64,000 nucleotides of DNA from Amoebophrya sp. A120 (Eukaryota; Protista; Dinoflagellata): contig CAJINV010000002.1 of the NCBI GenBank assembly GCA_905178155.1, positions 13,026,480 to 13,090,479 on the forward strand, given 5' to 3'. Every line of letters starts with the position of its first letter. The stretch's first letter is position 1. The position numbers were made by a program, and so were the translations under genes. Below, piece by piece: positions 25,448 through 38,950 of the stretch. The notes beneath the pieces are model-generated. The model did no database searches. It was not told where the DNA came from and worked only from the letters and a program-made list of their open reading frames with translations.

Positions 25448-26731
25448 AACAAGATTCAAGTCTTCCCCATGAGCAAAATAGCTAGCAGGTTTCGTCTTCG
25501 CGACCCCGCAGAGATAAAGAAGCACAAGCTGAAAAACAACGCGCGGCGAATGATCTCGCGCCTGATTGAGAAGGAGGCCAGGCGACATCTAACAAGAGCA
25601 GACACGATGGTCACTTTCACGGACGGAGGGGCCATAGGCGACAGAGGAAGCGGGGGCGGTGCAACATGGCACAAGGTCCTCCCGACAGCACCGAGACCCG
25701 CGCCAGTAGTAGCCAGCTTCTGCGGAGTAGAATCGAAAATCCATTTTGAATTAGAAATCAACCCGGACTCCTTCGACGGCGAGTGTTTCGGGCTGATGCA
25801 CCAGATTAACGAAATAATAGAGAAAATCCCAGCAGCAGTGCTAAAATCAATAAAAAGACACGTCTTCTACATCGATTCAAACGGGCTGGTGATGGCGATA
25901 GAAGCACTGCGAGACAAATCCAACGTGATGGTGATCGACATCGTGAAGGCCCTGGAGCGTCTTGAACAAGCATCGGCGCCGGGGGTAGAGATTATTATCA
26001 ACTGGTGCCCGTCGCACCTAGGGTGTTACTTTAACGACTTTGCAGACGCAATGGCAACAAGAGGCCTGAAGCACGTAGGAGACTCGTCACAGGGACGTAA
26101 AACCTTTGAAAAAGTAATAACCGAAAAACTTCTGCGGAAGATCGTGAGTCAGATAGTCTACAGCTGCCCAAGAGGACACAGCAGCACCCACCCCGCCTTA
26201 CTACGCAGGTCCGAACAGCTCGGGCAGTACCAAAGTGACGAAAAGCGCCCTCGTTTCATAGACAACGTCATGTTTTTGGTATGGCTAGGGGTGGGAAACC
26301 AGGGCCAGTTAGGCATGGGTAAGACAGTGCACGACCAAAAGAACCCTAAAAGCAGCTACATGAGTTGTCCGATCTGTGAGAAAAAAGTAACCCCAAGCAC
26401 TGACCACGTTTTGTTTGAGTGCGAAGATGTGCATTTAGTGCAATTGCGAAAAGAACATCTAGGCTGGCCACGACTTAAGTCGTGCGAATCTCGCATAAGT
26501 TTCTTAAAGGAGCCGAAAAACGTGAAGAACGTGTTGAACTACTACGAAGCCGCCTCGAGACAGCACACGGGAATCCTAGCGACGGGGCTAGCGAACGCGA
26601 TACGGGCGGGGCAGGAGAAGTTCAGCGCGGCGGAGTTCCAGGAGGTCGTGGAGTGGCAACCCGAAAAAGCACAAACGAAAGTGCACGAACGGGACCTGGA
26701 AAAAATTGCGAAGTGGATCGGCGATCTGTAG
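25448..26731 (+). CDS. C-terminal part of LINE ORF2: RNase HI-like domain and CCHC zinc knuckle (RT and endonuclease lost by truncation)
   Basis: Motifs FTDGG, DGECFG, FYIDS and WCPSHLG..NDFADAMA supply the D-E-D-H-D catalytic set, followed by CPIC...DHVLFEC. Confidence 0.88.
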   Translation, partial: NKIQVFPMSKIASRFRLRDPAEIKKHKLKNNARRMISRLIEKEARRHLTRADTMVTFTDGGAIGDRGSGGGATWHKVLPTAPRPAPVVASFCGVESKIHFELEINPDSFDGECFGLMHQINEIIEKIPAAVLKSIKRHVFYIDSNGLVMAIEALRDKSNVMVIDIVKALERLEQASAPGVEIIINWCPSHLGCYFNDFADAMATRGLKHVGDSSQGRKTFEKVITEKLLRKIVSQIVYSCPRGHSSTHPALLRRSEQLGQYQSDEKRPRFIDNVMFLVWLGVGNQGQLGMGKTVHDQKNPKSSYMSCPICEKKVTPSTDHVLFECEDVHLVQLRKEHLGWPRLKSCESRISFLKEPKNVKNVLNYYEAASRQHTGILATGLANAIRAGQEKFSAAEFQEVVEWQPEKAQTKVHERDLEKIAKWIGDL

Positions 26732-28396
26732 CTCGACGGCGACAGCAGCAGGAGAAACAGCAGAAAAAGAGGCACCGCGCAGCTTCTTCCCTTCTGCTGA
26801 TTAGCGCGGCGCCAATCACCGGACGAAAAAACCACAGCCCCGACCACCCCCAGAGCCTGTCTTCTCAGGCACAATTTTGCCACCGAGCGAGACCGCAGGG
26901 CAGCACCGCGAGGCGCTGCAGAAATCCCCACCCTCCCCCCCACAGCCTGGCCATGGTGGCAAGAGATACCCCAGGCGGCAGGGCAAGTGTGGGGCGTTAG
27001 TGCGGGAGGAGCGGAACCACACACAGTGCGTCCCCTGGGCTCTCCGGAGCCGGAAGTCAGGCACCGTGGGTGCGCCAAGTGGGAGGTGGGGATAGGAGAG
27101 CAGCAACAGGAAGATCGGGAAAAGTGAGATAATGTTGAGGCGCGTGTTGAGGTTGAAACTTAGCTATAGGCACCACGCTGCAGTGCATAGTTAAGAAGAA
27201 CGAAGAACGCGAAAACTGTCCCTACTGAGCTCGGTCGCGAGTGCAATGCGCGGAGGGCATCAGAGGTGAACAGTATACATAGACAGCAGCTGTCGCTCAC
27301 CCGCCAAACCCTTCCTAGAAAAGCGAGCTTAGATAGAAGTGCTTAGATAAAAGTGCCACGAAAGTATACAAAAAGCTCAAGACGTCTAAGCCCATATGGC
27401 TTACGCGCTAAAATAGCCGCGTCGAGCCGTCGCAGGGGATCCGCTTGGCTTTGAAGGCTCGTCTGAAGAGGGGTTTTCCTTTGTTCGGTTCGCCAGCAGG
27501 TTGCGTGGAAGAGCACCTGCGGGGACCTGTCGTCTTTTGTTCAGCTTTTCAGGTTCATTCAAACATTAGCCCGCTTTAAGCCTAAATCTTGACTTTTACG
27601 TGCGCGCCAAGAACGGTAAGCTCGAGACAGCGGCGGTGCTACAAGGCCACAGGTAAACCATCCCTACGCCTTCCGGTTTGACCTTGACGAACTGACTACC
27701 AAAACTGTCCCGGATTCACCCACGTAAGCCTCCGACGAAGGTAACGCCACCGCAACTTCCGCGGGTAGATCAGACGGACCACAGAAAGGCGTTGCGAGGT
27801 GGAAACGGCATCACGATAGCGGGAGAGCGGATACAAGGCCTTCGTTCTACTGTGTGGTGTGCGTTGTTTACAAGTCCTGTCTAGCTTGCTATTTGTTCTG
27901 CTGGCGCTATTGCGCCAGCTATTGCGCTTGCTGCGCTTACAACTTACTTGTTCCTCTGCGCTATTGCGCTTGCTATTTGCTCTGCTGGTGAATATGAAAA
28001 TTTTACTGTTTGGTCTCCGCTTGTGGATGACCGGCGATTCGCGCCTGCTCTGGTCTGCTAGCCGCGCGTTACTCTTTCAGTTCGTGTGGGCTCCTGGTGC
28101 TGCGATCACCGTCGGGAGTTGAACAACATGAGAACATAAGGACGTCGGAGGTTTGAGAGCTTTATACTTTTCGACTTCTTACTACTTTTTGATCCTTTTG
28201 CAGCATTCACGCACAGCCAGGATCTTTGTGTAGTTCGAAGCCCGCCGAAGTTTTGCGCGCGGATTTAGCTTTCTTACCCCCCTCGAAAAAAGGGGAGTCT
28301 CCAGACCCTTCAGGTCGTCCCTGCCGCCGGTGGTCACGTCCGCGTGGCGCTATCAGCTATCAGCTATCAGCTATATAGGTTATCTCTCTCTCTCTC
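25448..28396 (+). mobile_element. 5'-truncated non-LTR retrotransposon (LINE, RNase H-containing group)
   Basis: Perfect 17-bp TSD TTCTACACAATGGTTGC at 25431-25447 and 28397-28413. The 3' end has GCTATCA repeats then a (TC)n tail. Contains an RNase H plus Zn-knuckle ORF. Confidence 0.9.
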
Positions 28397-30826
28397 TTCT
28401 ACACAATGGTTGCCGAGCATGCCGCCTTTAGATGTTGCGAATGATCCAAACAACGACAATATCAGCATGTTGATCACGATCATGATCAGTCGCATGGTTG
28501 GAGAAGGAGCAACTGTAGACGTGGTGAAAAAAAAAAATCCTAGCACACGAGCCTGTTCATCTGTTTTTTGATCCGCCAGCATCCTACTTCCCCCAGCCTT
28601 GTTTTTCTACCCAGGATCTCGCTTGGTGCTTTACCATTAATTATCGCAAGTCCTCTACATCCAATGAATGTTCCTGGTCTGTGCCAGTCTTTTGCTGAAA
28701 ATCGCCTTCGCGCGCAGGAGAAGTTTAACATTTTCTTGATCATCATCGTCTTCATTTACTCTCACATTGGGCTCTCATCGAACACGAAAGTCGCAGCCCA
28801 CCAGGATACCTAATCATTCTGTTGGTAGTTGAGAACAAAATCTGCTATCTTCTGTCTGTGTGTTTCTTGTTGATGCATCTACGATTCATACAATGCGGAT
28901 CCTCTTGACCTGGCTTTCGTCGGAGCTGGTATCTAACAGGACCTTCGGCGTCCTGGGAGCTTTCCGTGTCGAACGAACACAGCTCCAGAGCAGAAAAGGT
29001 TTTTGGCGCGTTCTCGCAAATGAAGACGCCACGTTGTCAGCACCAACAGAATTATCTCAGCGTTTGCAGGGAGGACGCTGGTCTGATAGGCGCTCCTCTT
29101 GCTCCGCTCAGGGATCCCTGCGTCGTGCCTCCTATAATGACGAATCCATTGCCGCTACTACAAGTGCGCGCGTATCACATAGAAAAGTCTGAGTAGAATA
29201 CCATGGATTTTGATTCTTTGCAGGCAAAACCACAGTTGTGCGCAAGGGTAAAAAGGTGCGGTTTACGCCGACACTGGAGCTTGTGCTTGACACGACTTAT
29301 GCGTGCGGCTTAATAGTACAATTGCGGACCTCTCTACTCTTGCCTTCCGTGGACCGCCCCGGCTCGAATCAAAATCAATCCATATGAAATACTACAACTT
29401 TTCTGTGGGACCACGCACGCACATCATTGACTCCTCCCGTGGCCTTGCTCTGCTTCGAGGAAATCATGACAGAGAAGTGGACATGCACATAAGCACTGGA
29501 GAAGAGGACGCAGACCGGCGACATGAAGCAAGTTTGCTTTGCCGCGAGCGCATCTGGATATCCGAAAGAAAAGTAAATCCGTACCAGAAAGAGAGCTGAA
29601 TTTGTGTTGCTGTTGCTGTTTTTCTGTCACAAAAAAAGCTTCTGGCGATGATCTGCAGCAGGAGGAGCAAGCTTCTGTCGTGCATGATGGAGAACGTAAT
29701 CCCGTCTAGTGTGACAAGGTCAAGAAAGGTGCTGATAAAACATTACCTCTCATGCTGAACATCAAAGACACAAAAAACATCATGACAAATTTATTTTTTC
29801 TCTGGTGTGGTGGGCTTTTCATTTTCTTTGTGATACAGGAGTCAAAACGACGAACTTCGCGATGATCAGATGGACAATACCCAGCGGGCTCGGTACGAGC
29901 AAAGACTCGCCGACCTGAGACTGCAAGCAGAAGAACAGCTACGCGAAAATCTATTCCGGCGAAATGTGGCCCGTCAGTCAAGATGATCTTGAAACAAAAG
30001 CTAAGCATGGTGTAATGAAATTATTGGCCGCATAACAGTATGTGTTTTTCTTGCTGGTTGTGCTTGTAAGTACCGATCCGTCCATGGCAACTGTAGACAG
30101 TCTATCATCCACGGATCCTCGAGAACGCCAGAACTCGACCATGCGCAGGCTTGCGTGCAGGTAGCTGCAGTGCAGCATGAAGTGCGACGCTAGATTGAGG
30201 TTAGCGAGCTCCATGATCGAACCTGTATTGTGGCGTGACAAAGAAATGCCCACACAAAGTGCATTCCGCATCAAGGAAAAAAACGCCTGCTTTTTTGTAA
30301 CATGCCGCTTCTGTGCAAGGATGCATGAGGGACGCGTCCGCTTTTCACGGTGATAGCGAGCCCTGCGATATGAGGAGCAGGTGTCTCTCTGGAGAAGAGA
30401 AAGCCAGCTACGGAACCGAAAACGACAACAAGAGGAGGAAGAGGTTGAAGCGGCGACTGATCGCGTGTTGACCGAAATACCGCAATGCAAAGGTCCCCCC
30501 CGAGGAAACGCGGTTGAATTTTGTACATTACGGCAGCGAGTGCCTCGCGGACCATCTTGCATATGCCCGGATCAACAAGACAAATTCAGTCTGTCTTTTC
30601 TCTTTGTGTTAGCAGACCCGCAAAAATCCACGACGAGGAACGCAGTGACTAAAAGCCCAAGCAGAAATGATCTAGAGAAAAGGCAAGAATTTGCTTTGCG
30701 TGATTTAGCAGCTACATTGTGCGCGGGGGCTGTTCTGCTCTATGCCTTTTATGCTTTTTGTCGGCTGCATTCAAATGATGTTGATAGCGACCCACGGGGG
30801 GCCGCTATCAGCGTCATGATCTCATA

Positions 30827-31530
30827 TGTAGTGAGGTCACCGAACGGCTCTAGCCTGCCAGTTTTCTTGCCATGCCCCGCCAAAAACGCCCGGCAGTTTT
30901 GTTCCAGCCTGTGCAAAGAGAGTTTTTTCGCTTGAAAAAAATCAAAGCGCGCCAGCCTGTTGGGCTTTGCCGTCAACGAATCGCCGGCGGATTCTATCGA
31001 TCGCCGCTGGAGAACACGACGCAAGGGAGCCGGCAAAAGGGGCGCCCTTCTGACGCGCCCACCGCCTTGGTTTCTGGCGACTTTGGGCGCCCAAAAAGGC
31101 GCCCCAAAAAGACGAGCCCAAAATAAGAACAGCGAAACCGCATGGCGCGGCCGCGATTTCGGAGCATTAATTTTGGGCGGCCGCGGGTGCGGCCGCCTTG
31201 CTTTTCGCCGGTTTCTAATCGGAGGAGGCTTTGCAAAAAGCGCCGGCGCGAAAAATAAAAACGGGAAAAAGAAAAAGCGCGCCGCGCGCGCGAAGCCAAT
31301 CCGCATGCTATGGGCCCCGTTTTCCTTTGGTTTTTGGGCGCCCCCCGTGGCGCCCGGATCGGGCCCGCGTCGGGGCTGGCTTTCTTAAGGGAATTTCGAA
31401 AATTTGCCAAAAATCTTTGGGGTTTTTGAATTGGCCGCCATTCCGTGAGGCGTAATGTTATCCACGACGGCACGGCGGGGCCGCAAAAAGCATAACCCCG
31501 GCAAAGGCGACGGTCGGCAAGAAGGCGGCT
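30827..31530. repeat. GC-rich/A-tract non-coding island, candidate non-autonomous mobile element
   Basis: Composition matches the two Helitron-like elements (GGCGCC/GGCCGC runs alternating with A/T tracts). Termini are not resolved. Confidence 0.35.
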
Positions 31531-32082
31531 ATATTTGGCATCGTTCTTGTCAATGAACATCAGTTGCATAAACGTCAACTGTGACGACTTGCACGCACAA
31601 AGATCACTCGAACCTAGGGGCGGGACTCTCTTCACCCTTAACAAGAGCGCGCGAGACAGAACTAGCCCTTTCGGAACAGCGAGAGACACGCGCAAAAGCA
31701 CTCGCAAAGGAGCGCGCCATAGGGCTCGAGCATGAGTTTCAGCTTATCTGATGTAAGTATCACAGTCATGGGGTCAGAAAAGACGCAGAGAAGCACTATT
31801 TCCACCTGTGATCAGGCAGATGAGTCCTTGCTCTTGCATACCAATGCGCGATATGCTTGGCGGTGGTAAATGAACTTGTTGAATGCCGGCTCGTCTAGTA
31901 GACAAGTTGCATTATCGCAAAAAAAAAATGGACATCGCTCTATTGAAAACGTAAGTCGCATAAAAGATTGATATGGGAGGGGCATTCAATAAATACGTCA
32001 CGTCAGCATTCGTGGCACTTTTCTGCTCACAAGCATTCAAGTTCAGCATGAGTGAGGCACACTTTCTCCTCAGATACTAGGC

Positions 32083-32790
32083 ATGACACCAAACTTGCTT
32101 TCTCTGATCCCACCGCACTTACACTGCATTTCGCTGGGGTTGGAGCAAGCCCGTATTAGGACGCTAACCCGTGACAATGAGGTCATCGATACATGGTCTG
32201 CACAAAGGATGGCTGAGATAGAAGCTGCTCTCCATCGCAAGCTGGAGTCGGACGAGAACGAACGGCGCGACCTGAGGCGGAGGATGCAGCATGCAAACTC
32301 GGAATTAAGGCGCCTGCGTCAGGAACACAGCCACGCACAGCATGCATTGCGCGAAAACGATCGTGCGCTTGCAAGACAGCAGCAGCACGACCGCGCGGAG
32401 ATCGCACGCCTGGAACGGCGCGTGGCCGAGATCGAGGCTCGTCTCCGTAGAGATCAGCGGGAGAAGCATGAAGCAGAAGAAAAGGTCCGTAAAGCAACAG
32501 ACGAAAATAACGAGGTAAAGGCCGCACTACAGGAAGCGCGAAACCAGAAGAGGGAGCGAGACCGGAAACGAGCCGAAGAAGAAAAGCGCAGGAGGGAAGA
32601 AGAAGAGCGGCGAAGGCAAGAAGAAGCGCGACGCAAGCAGGAAGAGGACGAACGGAACCGCGAAACTCAGCGTACTCGGCACAGATCGGCGAGCCCTGAG
32701 TGGCCTTCCCCGCCTTCCCCGCCTTCCCCGCCTAGGGCACGAAGTCCATCCCCATATGATTGGGGTTTCCATTACAACGTCGGACACTAG
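32083..32790 (+). CDS. Coiled-coil/charged single-alpha-helix exon with PSPPSPPSPP tail
   Basis: Heptad region, EEEKRRREEEERRRQEE run and a 9-bp tandem repeat CCTTCCCCG. Confidence 0.6.
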   Translation: MTPNLLSLIPPHLHCISLGLEQARIRTLTRDNEVIDTWSAQRMAEIEAALHRKLESDENERRDLRRRMQHANSELRRLRQEHSHAQHALRENDRALARQQQHDRAEIARLERRVAEIEARLRRDQREKHEAEEKVRKATDENNEVKAALQEARNQKRERDRKRAEEEKRRREEEERRRQEEARRKQEEDERNRETQRTRHRSASPEWPSPPSPPSPPRARSPSPYDWGFHYNVGH

Positions 32791-33554
32791 AAGCTTCCCA
32801 AAATAAACGCTGCGACATCCCATTTATCTGCGGCGGAAGCTTTCCTGTGCCGCCTCGCTGTCCATGTCCAAGCTTTGCAGCGACGCAGCTTTCGTTTTGC
32901 TTCTTGTTGGACTTTCTGGTGGTGTATTAAAGAACTACCACCTGGGAGCTATTATAAATATATCTCGTACTACGTAGTGATACCAAATGGAAGCCCAGTA
33001 CTGCTAGACGGAAAGAGCCGTCGGAACATCGCGGCCGACGAAAATACTTGTTTTGTAAATCTTCAGCTCCTTGTAGTTCTAGTTGGGTTTGTTTTTGTTC
33101 GTCCTGTACGTCTGATGTGGATAATATCCCATTGCGGTCATTTCTATTTTTTTCGTCTCCTAAGAGTGCAGCCCGCATTGGTACTCTCAGAGGCAAATAA
33201 GCTTATACTGAAACTAGAAAGAAGGTGGACAATTCAGAATACTTCTTCCGACCTCTGGTGCGCACCATGGTACCAGTTCCAGACGGGAGAATGTCACTTC
33301 TTGCAGTTATTTCGACGAAAGTGTAAAATTGGCTGCGTAATTTAGATATTCGTGCGCTAGGAATAGGATGGCATGTATAATAACAGCTACATTCATAGGA
33401 AGCCAATGCCAGCGTTACGGTCCATGGACATATTCCGAAATCACTGCCGAAGGAACGGAAGGGGGACAACCGAGGAAAGACGAAAGCCTGCAAGGAAAAA
33501 ACCAAACGCCAGAACGAGAACATACAGCGACAAAGAGAGGAAGCACAGCGGCAG

Positions 33555-33779
33555 ATGCAGGACTTCATCGCGGAAATCAGCGGCAGGCGCTGGGAAAGAG
33601 TTCCCAGTGCCGGAGGCAAATACTGGCAAACGACGAAAACCGACGACGATCCGACCGCGGTGCAGTTCGAAATTGAAGCCGAGGACTTTTGTGAAAGCAC
33701 CGGCCGAGAAGAATACAGAGTGCGTGGCGTCTGGTTCCAGAAGATGAGTGATGGAACCTACGCCGCCAGAGCGGTGTGA
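33555..33779 (+). CDS. Probable terminal exon encoding a small globular domain
   Basis: Protein-like 74-aa ORF followed by AT-rich sequence. Link to 32083..32790 is not established. Confidence 0.4.
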   Translation: MQDFIAEISGRRWERVPSAGGKYWQTTKTDDDPTAVQFEIEAEDFCESTGREEYRVRGVWFQKMSDGTYAARAV

Positions 33780-35462
33780 ACGAAAGAAAAGGAAGTGATG
33801 ATGATGAAGAAGATACATTTGTAAGCACATCCGAGAAACGCGTGAGCAAACGATGAGACTCTCAAAAGGATACAAGCTTGTTGTGAATGAATGAATGAAT
33901 GAATTATTATATATCTGTGCCTCCATCTACTTGTTGTTCGTTTTATGATCTACTCCATTGCTCTCAACAGTTTGCATCATTGCATTGGGCCTCTTCAAAA
34001 GAATATACATTATTGAGAGCGCGAAGCTCCGACAGGGGGAAGCGCTGGAGTTTGGACTATTGGGCACCCAAAGATGATCTTTCCTAGTTGTTAATACATA
34101 TATTTTCTGTTTCATTCCGAGGAAATTCCGTTGACGCAAAAAACCATGATATCGCACTCGAGCTGGTGCATGTGGACAATTCATTGTGCTTAATGCAGCT
34201 TCATCAGAACCTTGCAAGTTGCGAAAAAACAAAATAATCCGGCTTTTCGCCAATGTCACGTCGTTGGGTTTGGTTTCTGATGAGGACGCCGCCGATCTTC
34301 ATGTTGTCCTTGCAGTAGCGGCACAGGCACCGTCTATCACATAGTAAGTGAAGATGAAGATCAAGCAACATTCCTAGTACTTACGTAGAAGCGGTAGCAA
34401 TCAATGATCCTCCTTTCTTCAGATGCAAATGCGGGAAAAGTGCCTCAGTTGTGGATCGTTTGGCCATACGGGATCTTGTACAGATTTGAAGATCAAACCT
34501 AAGCAGAAGACCCGATGGAAGAGGATCACCTTTCTATCGACAACGTGGCTGCCAGTTGGTGCGACAAGAGCAATGTTTCCGAATTCAATGTTGCAAACGA
34601 CAGGCAGCTTTGTAGACTTCACTACATTTTTAAAAGGGCTTCTTTGCGAAGAAAGACCACGCTCCTGAACAAAGCTCCCAACTTTGGACCTGTCGAATAA
34701 CTCACTTATTTGCTTCCTGTTTACGATTTCTATCTATGAAGTGAAAGGAGTTGACGGTGAGCCATCACTAAGGTTGACTTTTCGGCCCTCCGAGTGCTAT
34801 GGAATTGCACGACGCTGCTGGCTTCTTTTAATCAAATACCTGCACACGTACTTCATTTGTTGAGGAAGCGTGAGACTCTGGTCTAGTAGTTGAGCGACCA
34901 ACTGCTCTTCCAGGCCTCATCTCATTTTCAATTTGCGGTCGCTATTATTCAAATACAAAAAGAAGGCTTTCACTTTTCATGCTCCAAAAGTCTCTTTAAA
35001 AGTCTCTTTGCACTACTCGAGACGTTTGACATCTCATGTCTAGGCGAGCATACATGGATAATTTTCTTTCATTCAATCGTTAGTTTCCTACTTTAGGTTC
35101 AGTTGGTAAAGGATCTCGTCGCAGTTACTGCTTTGGGAGTCAAAACAACTCCTATATCACTTGTATTTTCACTCGGTTCCAGCATCATATGTGTGCCGCT
35201 TTTGTGGCATTCGAACATTATATATTTATACGTCGTGTAAAATCTACTAATCGAACGCCAAAGCAAGACAGATTGGTCTGGTCATCAAACTTTTTGATTT
35301 GGATTTCTCTATTTCCTAATAATTGACTGTGTTTTATTTATCGAGCGTGGACTTGGACAAACCCACACGCCCCCTATATCTCTTTCCTTGTCGGGAACCG
35401 CCAGGTTCCATTGTACTTTAATAGTTTGTTTGACTCATCGATTGCAGCCCTGCGATTGCGCA

Positions 35463-38400
35463 ATGTTGCAACGAGCGCTAGTGGGCGTTTTTGTGCGAGT
35501 CGCATTTTGCGGCTGCGCGGGGAGCTTGGCCATGATCACCAGGAATCCAGAAACAAGCACAGCAGCGGAAGGTCCGTCCTTGAGCATGTCCTCAACGAAT
35601 GCTGTCTTTGCTGAGCAGGATCCCGGCGGAGGGGTTTTTCGGGACGCACGGAGAAAAATCACACAAGTTTGGAACGACGGGGTCAGTCGTTGCGTTGCGA
35701 ATGGGCGGCTGCGCGTGATCGGATACCACGCAGTTTTTCTCTGCCTTGCTGACGAACTCCTGGACCTGCTACGCGATATGGCCGATGAGCACAGAAAGCA
35801 GCAACGAGATATGGAAATATGATATTTCGACTTCCTCAAATCAGGCTCGGTTCTGCAGGTGCATCTCCATTAGGACAAGCATTTCATCTTTCAAAAGTAA
35901 TCGATTCACTCGAATCATGATGATTCCAGCTCGGGAAAACGCAGGCCAACTTTGTCACTCTTGACCAGTTTTTTGCAGCGCATTGACATGTTTGTGCAGC
36001 CTTTTTGCATTCATCCTCCTTCTTGTGCATTACAGACCGATCTGACCTTTGCAGCTGCCGCGCAAAAATGAGGGTAAACTCTGCACGTTTTTGTCTGAAA
36101 CAGACTGATCTGTCCCAATTTCCGCAAGCAGACACTGACTCCGAGACTGGTACAATCGAGAGAGGTTTTCGTTTCGACGTTGCAGCGCAACGCGCGGACC
36201 GGCGAAGGGCTTGTCTCGCCTGCGGCCGACTGGTTGGTGGAGCTCGCGGGGGGAGAGCGACACCGACCGCGACACGCACAATTGTCCGTACTCTACTCCA
36301 ATCAGAACTTGGACCCGGCAAGGCGACAAAGGTGGACGAGATCGAGGTGCAGTGGTTGGTATTTCCACGACAAGCGCACCGGGTCCTACTTTCACGCTCA
36401 GCATCCGCATGTCTGCGAATTGCGTCAAGATCGCAACACCACTATTTTTCACCTCGAGATGCAGACCACCGCACCGCATTTGCAGGCGTACGAAAAACAC
36501 GCCACTGATGTTGAAGAAGAAGATTTTGTGTGCCGGAACCAGAAAGCGGTCAGGTCCCCGATCGGGTACTACGACTGTACTCTGACTACGCCGACGAAGC
36601 AGCGTGTTGATCCTTTTGGCACCATTTCTGCAACAGCCAAAGCAGGATTCAATATATGCATCGGAATCTTCGTTCTCATCAACCCGCCATTGCTGTTTGT
36701 TTTGTTTTTGTAGCAGGGAAATTTAATTGTATTAAACACAGGATTGACAGTGCCTCCCTAGCTGTCAGACACCCTACGATTATTGCGAAGTAGTACTTCT
36801 ACAGCGTGGCCCGCCGGAAGGCGGTTTTCAGTCCCCTCTCGCGCGCGCTCTCGCGGGATGTATTCATTTGAATGAAATATTCTTAACCAGCAAATGCAAA
36901 TGTCCGTTTGTGAGGACATGCAAAATGCCACGGGTTAATGGAGAGCAACTGCGCACTTCTGCATCTGTCCTTGTTTCGTGTGCGACTCATTTTTTTTTTT
37001 TTTGACTCAAAAAAATAAAGAATTGCTAATCATTGAGAAGCGAACGAACCCGTTGCGGTTCTCTACATTCTCTTTCATGTTGTCGTGCTGCATTACGAAA
37101 ACGAAACCAACAGCGAAATTCTGTCGGGCTGGAGCAACTTTCATTTCTATAGACTACGGAATTTCACGAGCGTCTCCTGGTTTTGCCGGCGGAAATCGTT
37201 TTGCCGTTGAGCCGGAGACAAGCAGTTAGGATTGTCCATGGTGACTCGAAAAACGAATGTAATTGCCGGGTCCGGGGTTGCTGTCCAGAGAAAAACGCGG
37301 ATGTGTATCTTCCTCAGGCCGTAGCTTTTGCGCGCTGGGAGGACACTGAGGCCGCGGATCGCGTCTTGGGTCTATTCTCTCCGACTTACTCACCAAGTAA
37401 GGTCCTCGCAAGTGATGTGTTTTCCGACCTTCAAAGCGAATACGCAACGACGTTAATGGAGGAACTTTCACTCAAACAGGTTTTTGAAGAAGCTTGCGTC
37501 CAGGCAGAGCAGCACGTTCGCGGACAAATCGATGCTAGCGCTTCGAATCCGCTTGTGATTTCAAGCGATCTGGCCAACGAGCCTCCGGCCACACCAATGC
37601 CAACCTCCGAGTCCGTCTTGTTATCGTGAGGCAACCTGTGTGAGCATGATTATCGTCATTTACATTTTAGCATCGGCGCCAGTTGTATATCTGCGCTTCG
37701 CCTACACCTGTTTTGCCCAACATGGACTGTCCACAACCTTCCGTGTCCTGGCGTCGTACTAGTATCAAACAGTCGTTTATATTCAAGGGCTCTGAATGTA
37801 CCAGCATAAAAAAGGTACTTACGAAGTAGATGTATTTGATGCTGGGGGCTCAAGGTCTTTCCTCATAATTCTTGCCACTTTTTGCAAAAGCCGTAGCGCA
37901 GTACTTGCTGGATGAGACCCATACGACTATTGATATCGAAATTGGCTCGGCCTCCTGTGCTCGTTTTGGCCTTGGAACCCGGGAAGGGGAGCCGTATACC
38001 GTGACGGCAAAGCTGGAGGCGGGAATCTGGACCGGAGCAGCACTTGCGAAAATTCTTGTAGAACATGTGGGCGGAGACATTCAAGCTGCAATCGCTGAGG
38101 ATGCCGCCATGCGCAGTTCGCCGCAAATCATGGAAAAATTGAATAGCCTTCTGGATCAATTGGATGCCTTCAATTTCGAGATTCGCATTGCTTCGCGAAG
38201 CGCGGGTTTAGCGGAGGTGTCCTCCCATACAGCCAGTTCGGTTTTGCGGCTCAGTCATGAGCAGAATTACCTCCTGTCACCAAATTATGATGAGAAAACC
38301 CATTTTGGCAATCGACACTTTGGAAGCTTCTAAAAGTAAGTTTGCGATTCGAGAACTAGCAATTTTGTGATAAACTTTGGATCTCACAAAGCCGAAAAAG

Positions 38401-38730
38401 GCGAGATGCTGTGACTGCGGCAAATTGTGTCGCTGACTTTTTGCATACGAAAGAAGGTCTTGTTGTATAAGTATATGTTACGCAAGGATCCATATGCGCG
38501 AAGATGGGCTTAGCAAGTACCCGGATGGGCTTTTTCCTTTCCACACGGATTCCACCCGAAAAATAGATCTCGAAGTCCTGCTCGCCAAAAGTCGCAGACG
38601 CCTAGCGGTCGATGTCGTTATGGAGTGGAGAACTTGTCCCTATCACTATGTATCTCCTTCCCATGCAGGAAAGTTTAAAGAAATCAGAACGGTTCCCGAC
38701 TGTGCTTTCGTACAAATTGTCCATTTGTAG
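35463..38730 (+). CDS. First exons of a large putative secreted protein
   Basis: Leader MLQRALVGVFVRVAFCGCAGSLA. ORFs 36180..36713, 37183..37629, 37872..38333 and 38494..38730 follow, some joinable at in-frame repeats (GCAGC, AAGCAG 36640/37220, TGCCA). Confidence 0.55.
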
Positions 38731-38950
38731 CTCTACAAAGATCTCAACTGGCTGGCGCGGTTTCACGTTGAGGGCAGAACGATCTGTGCACAGCAGATGA
38801 TCGATTCCTTTCGCTGAAAGACATTTCCATTTCCTATTAAATGTGAAAGATGCTCCCAAGAATCAATCGACTTTCCTTTTTCAGGGGGAGTAGGCGGGAT
38901 GTCGTGGGACAACTTTCATCGGAATAGGCGTCCTACCATCGCAATCCATC

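Noticed and set aside
27859-28122. Leu-rich 87-aa ORF in the LINE 3' region read as a membrane peptide
   Set aside because: It is explained by T-rich short repeats and has a non-ATG start with no other support.
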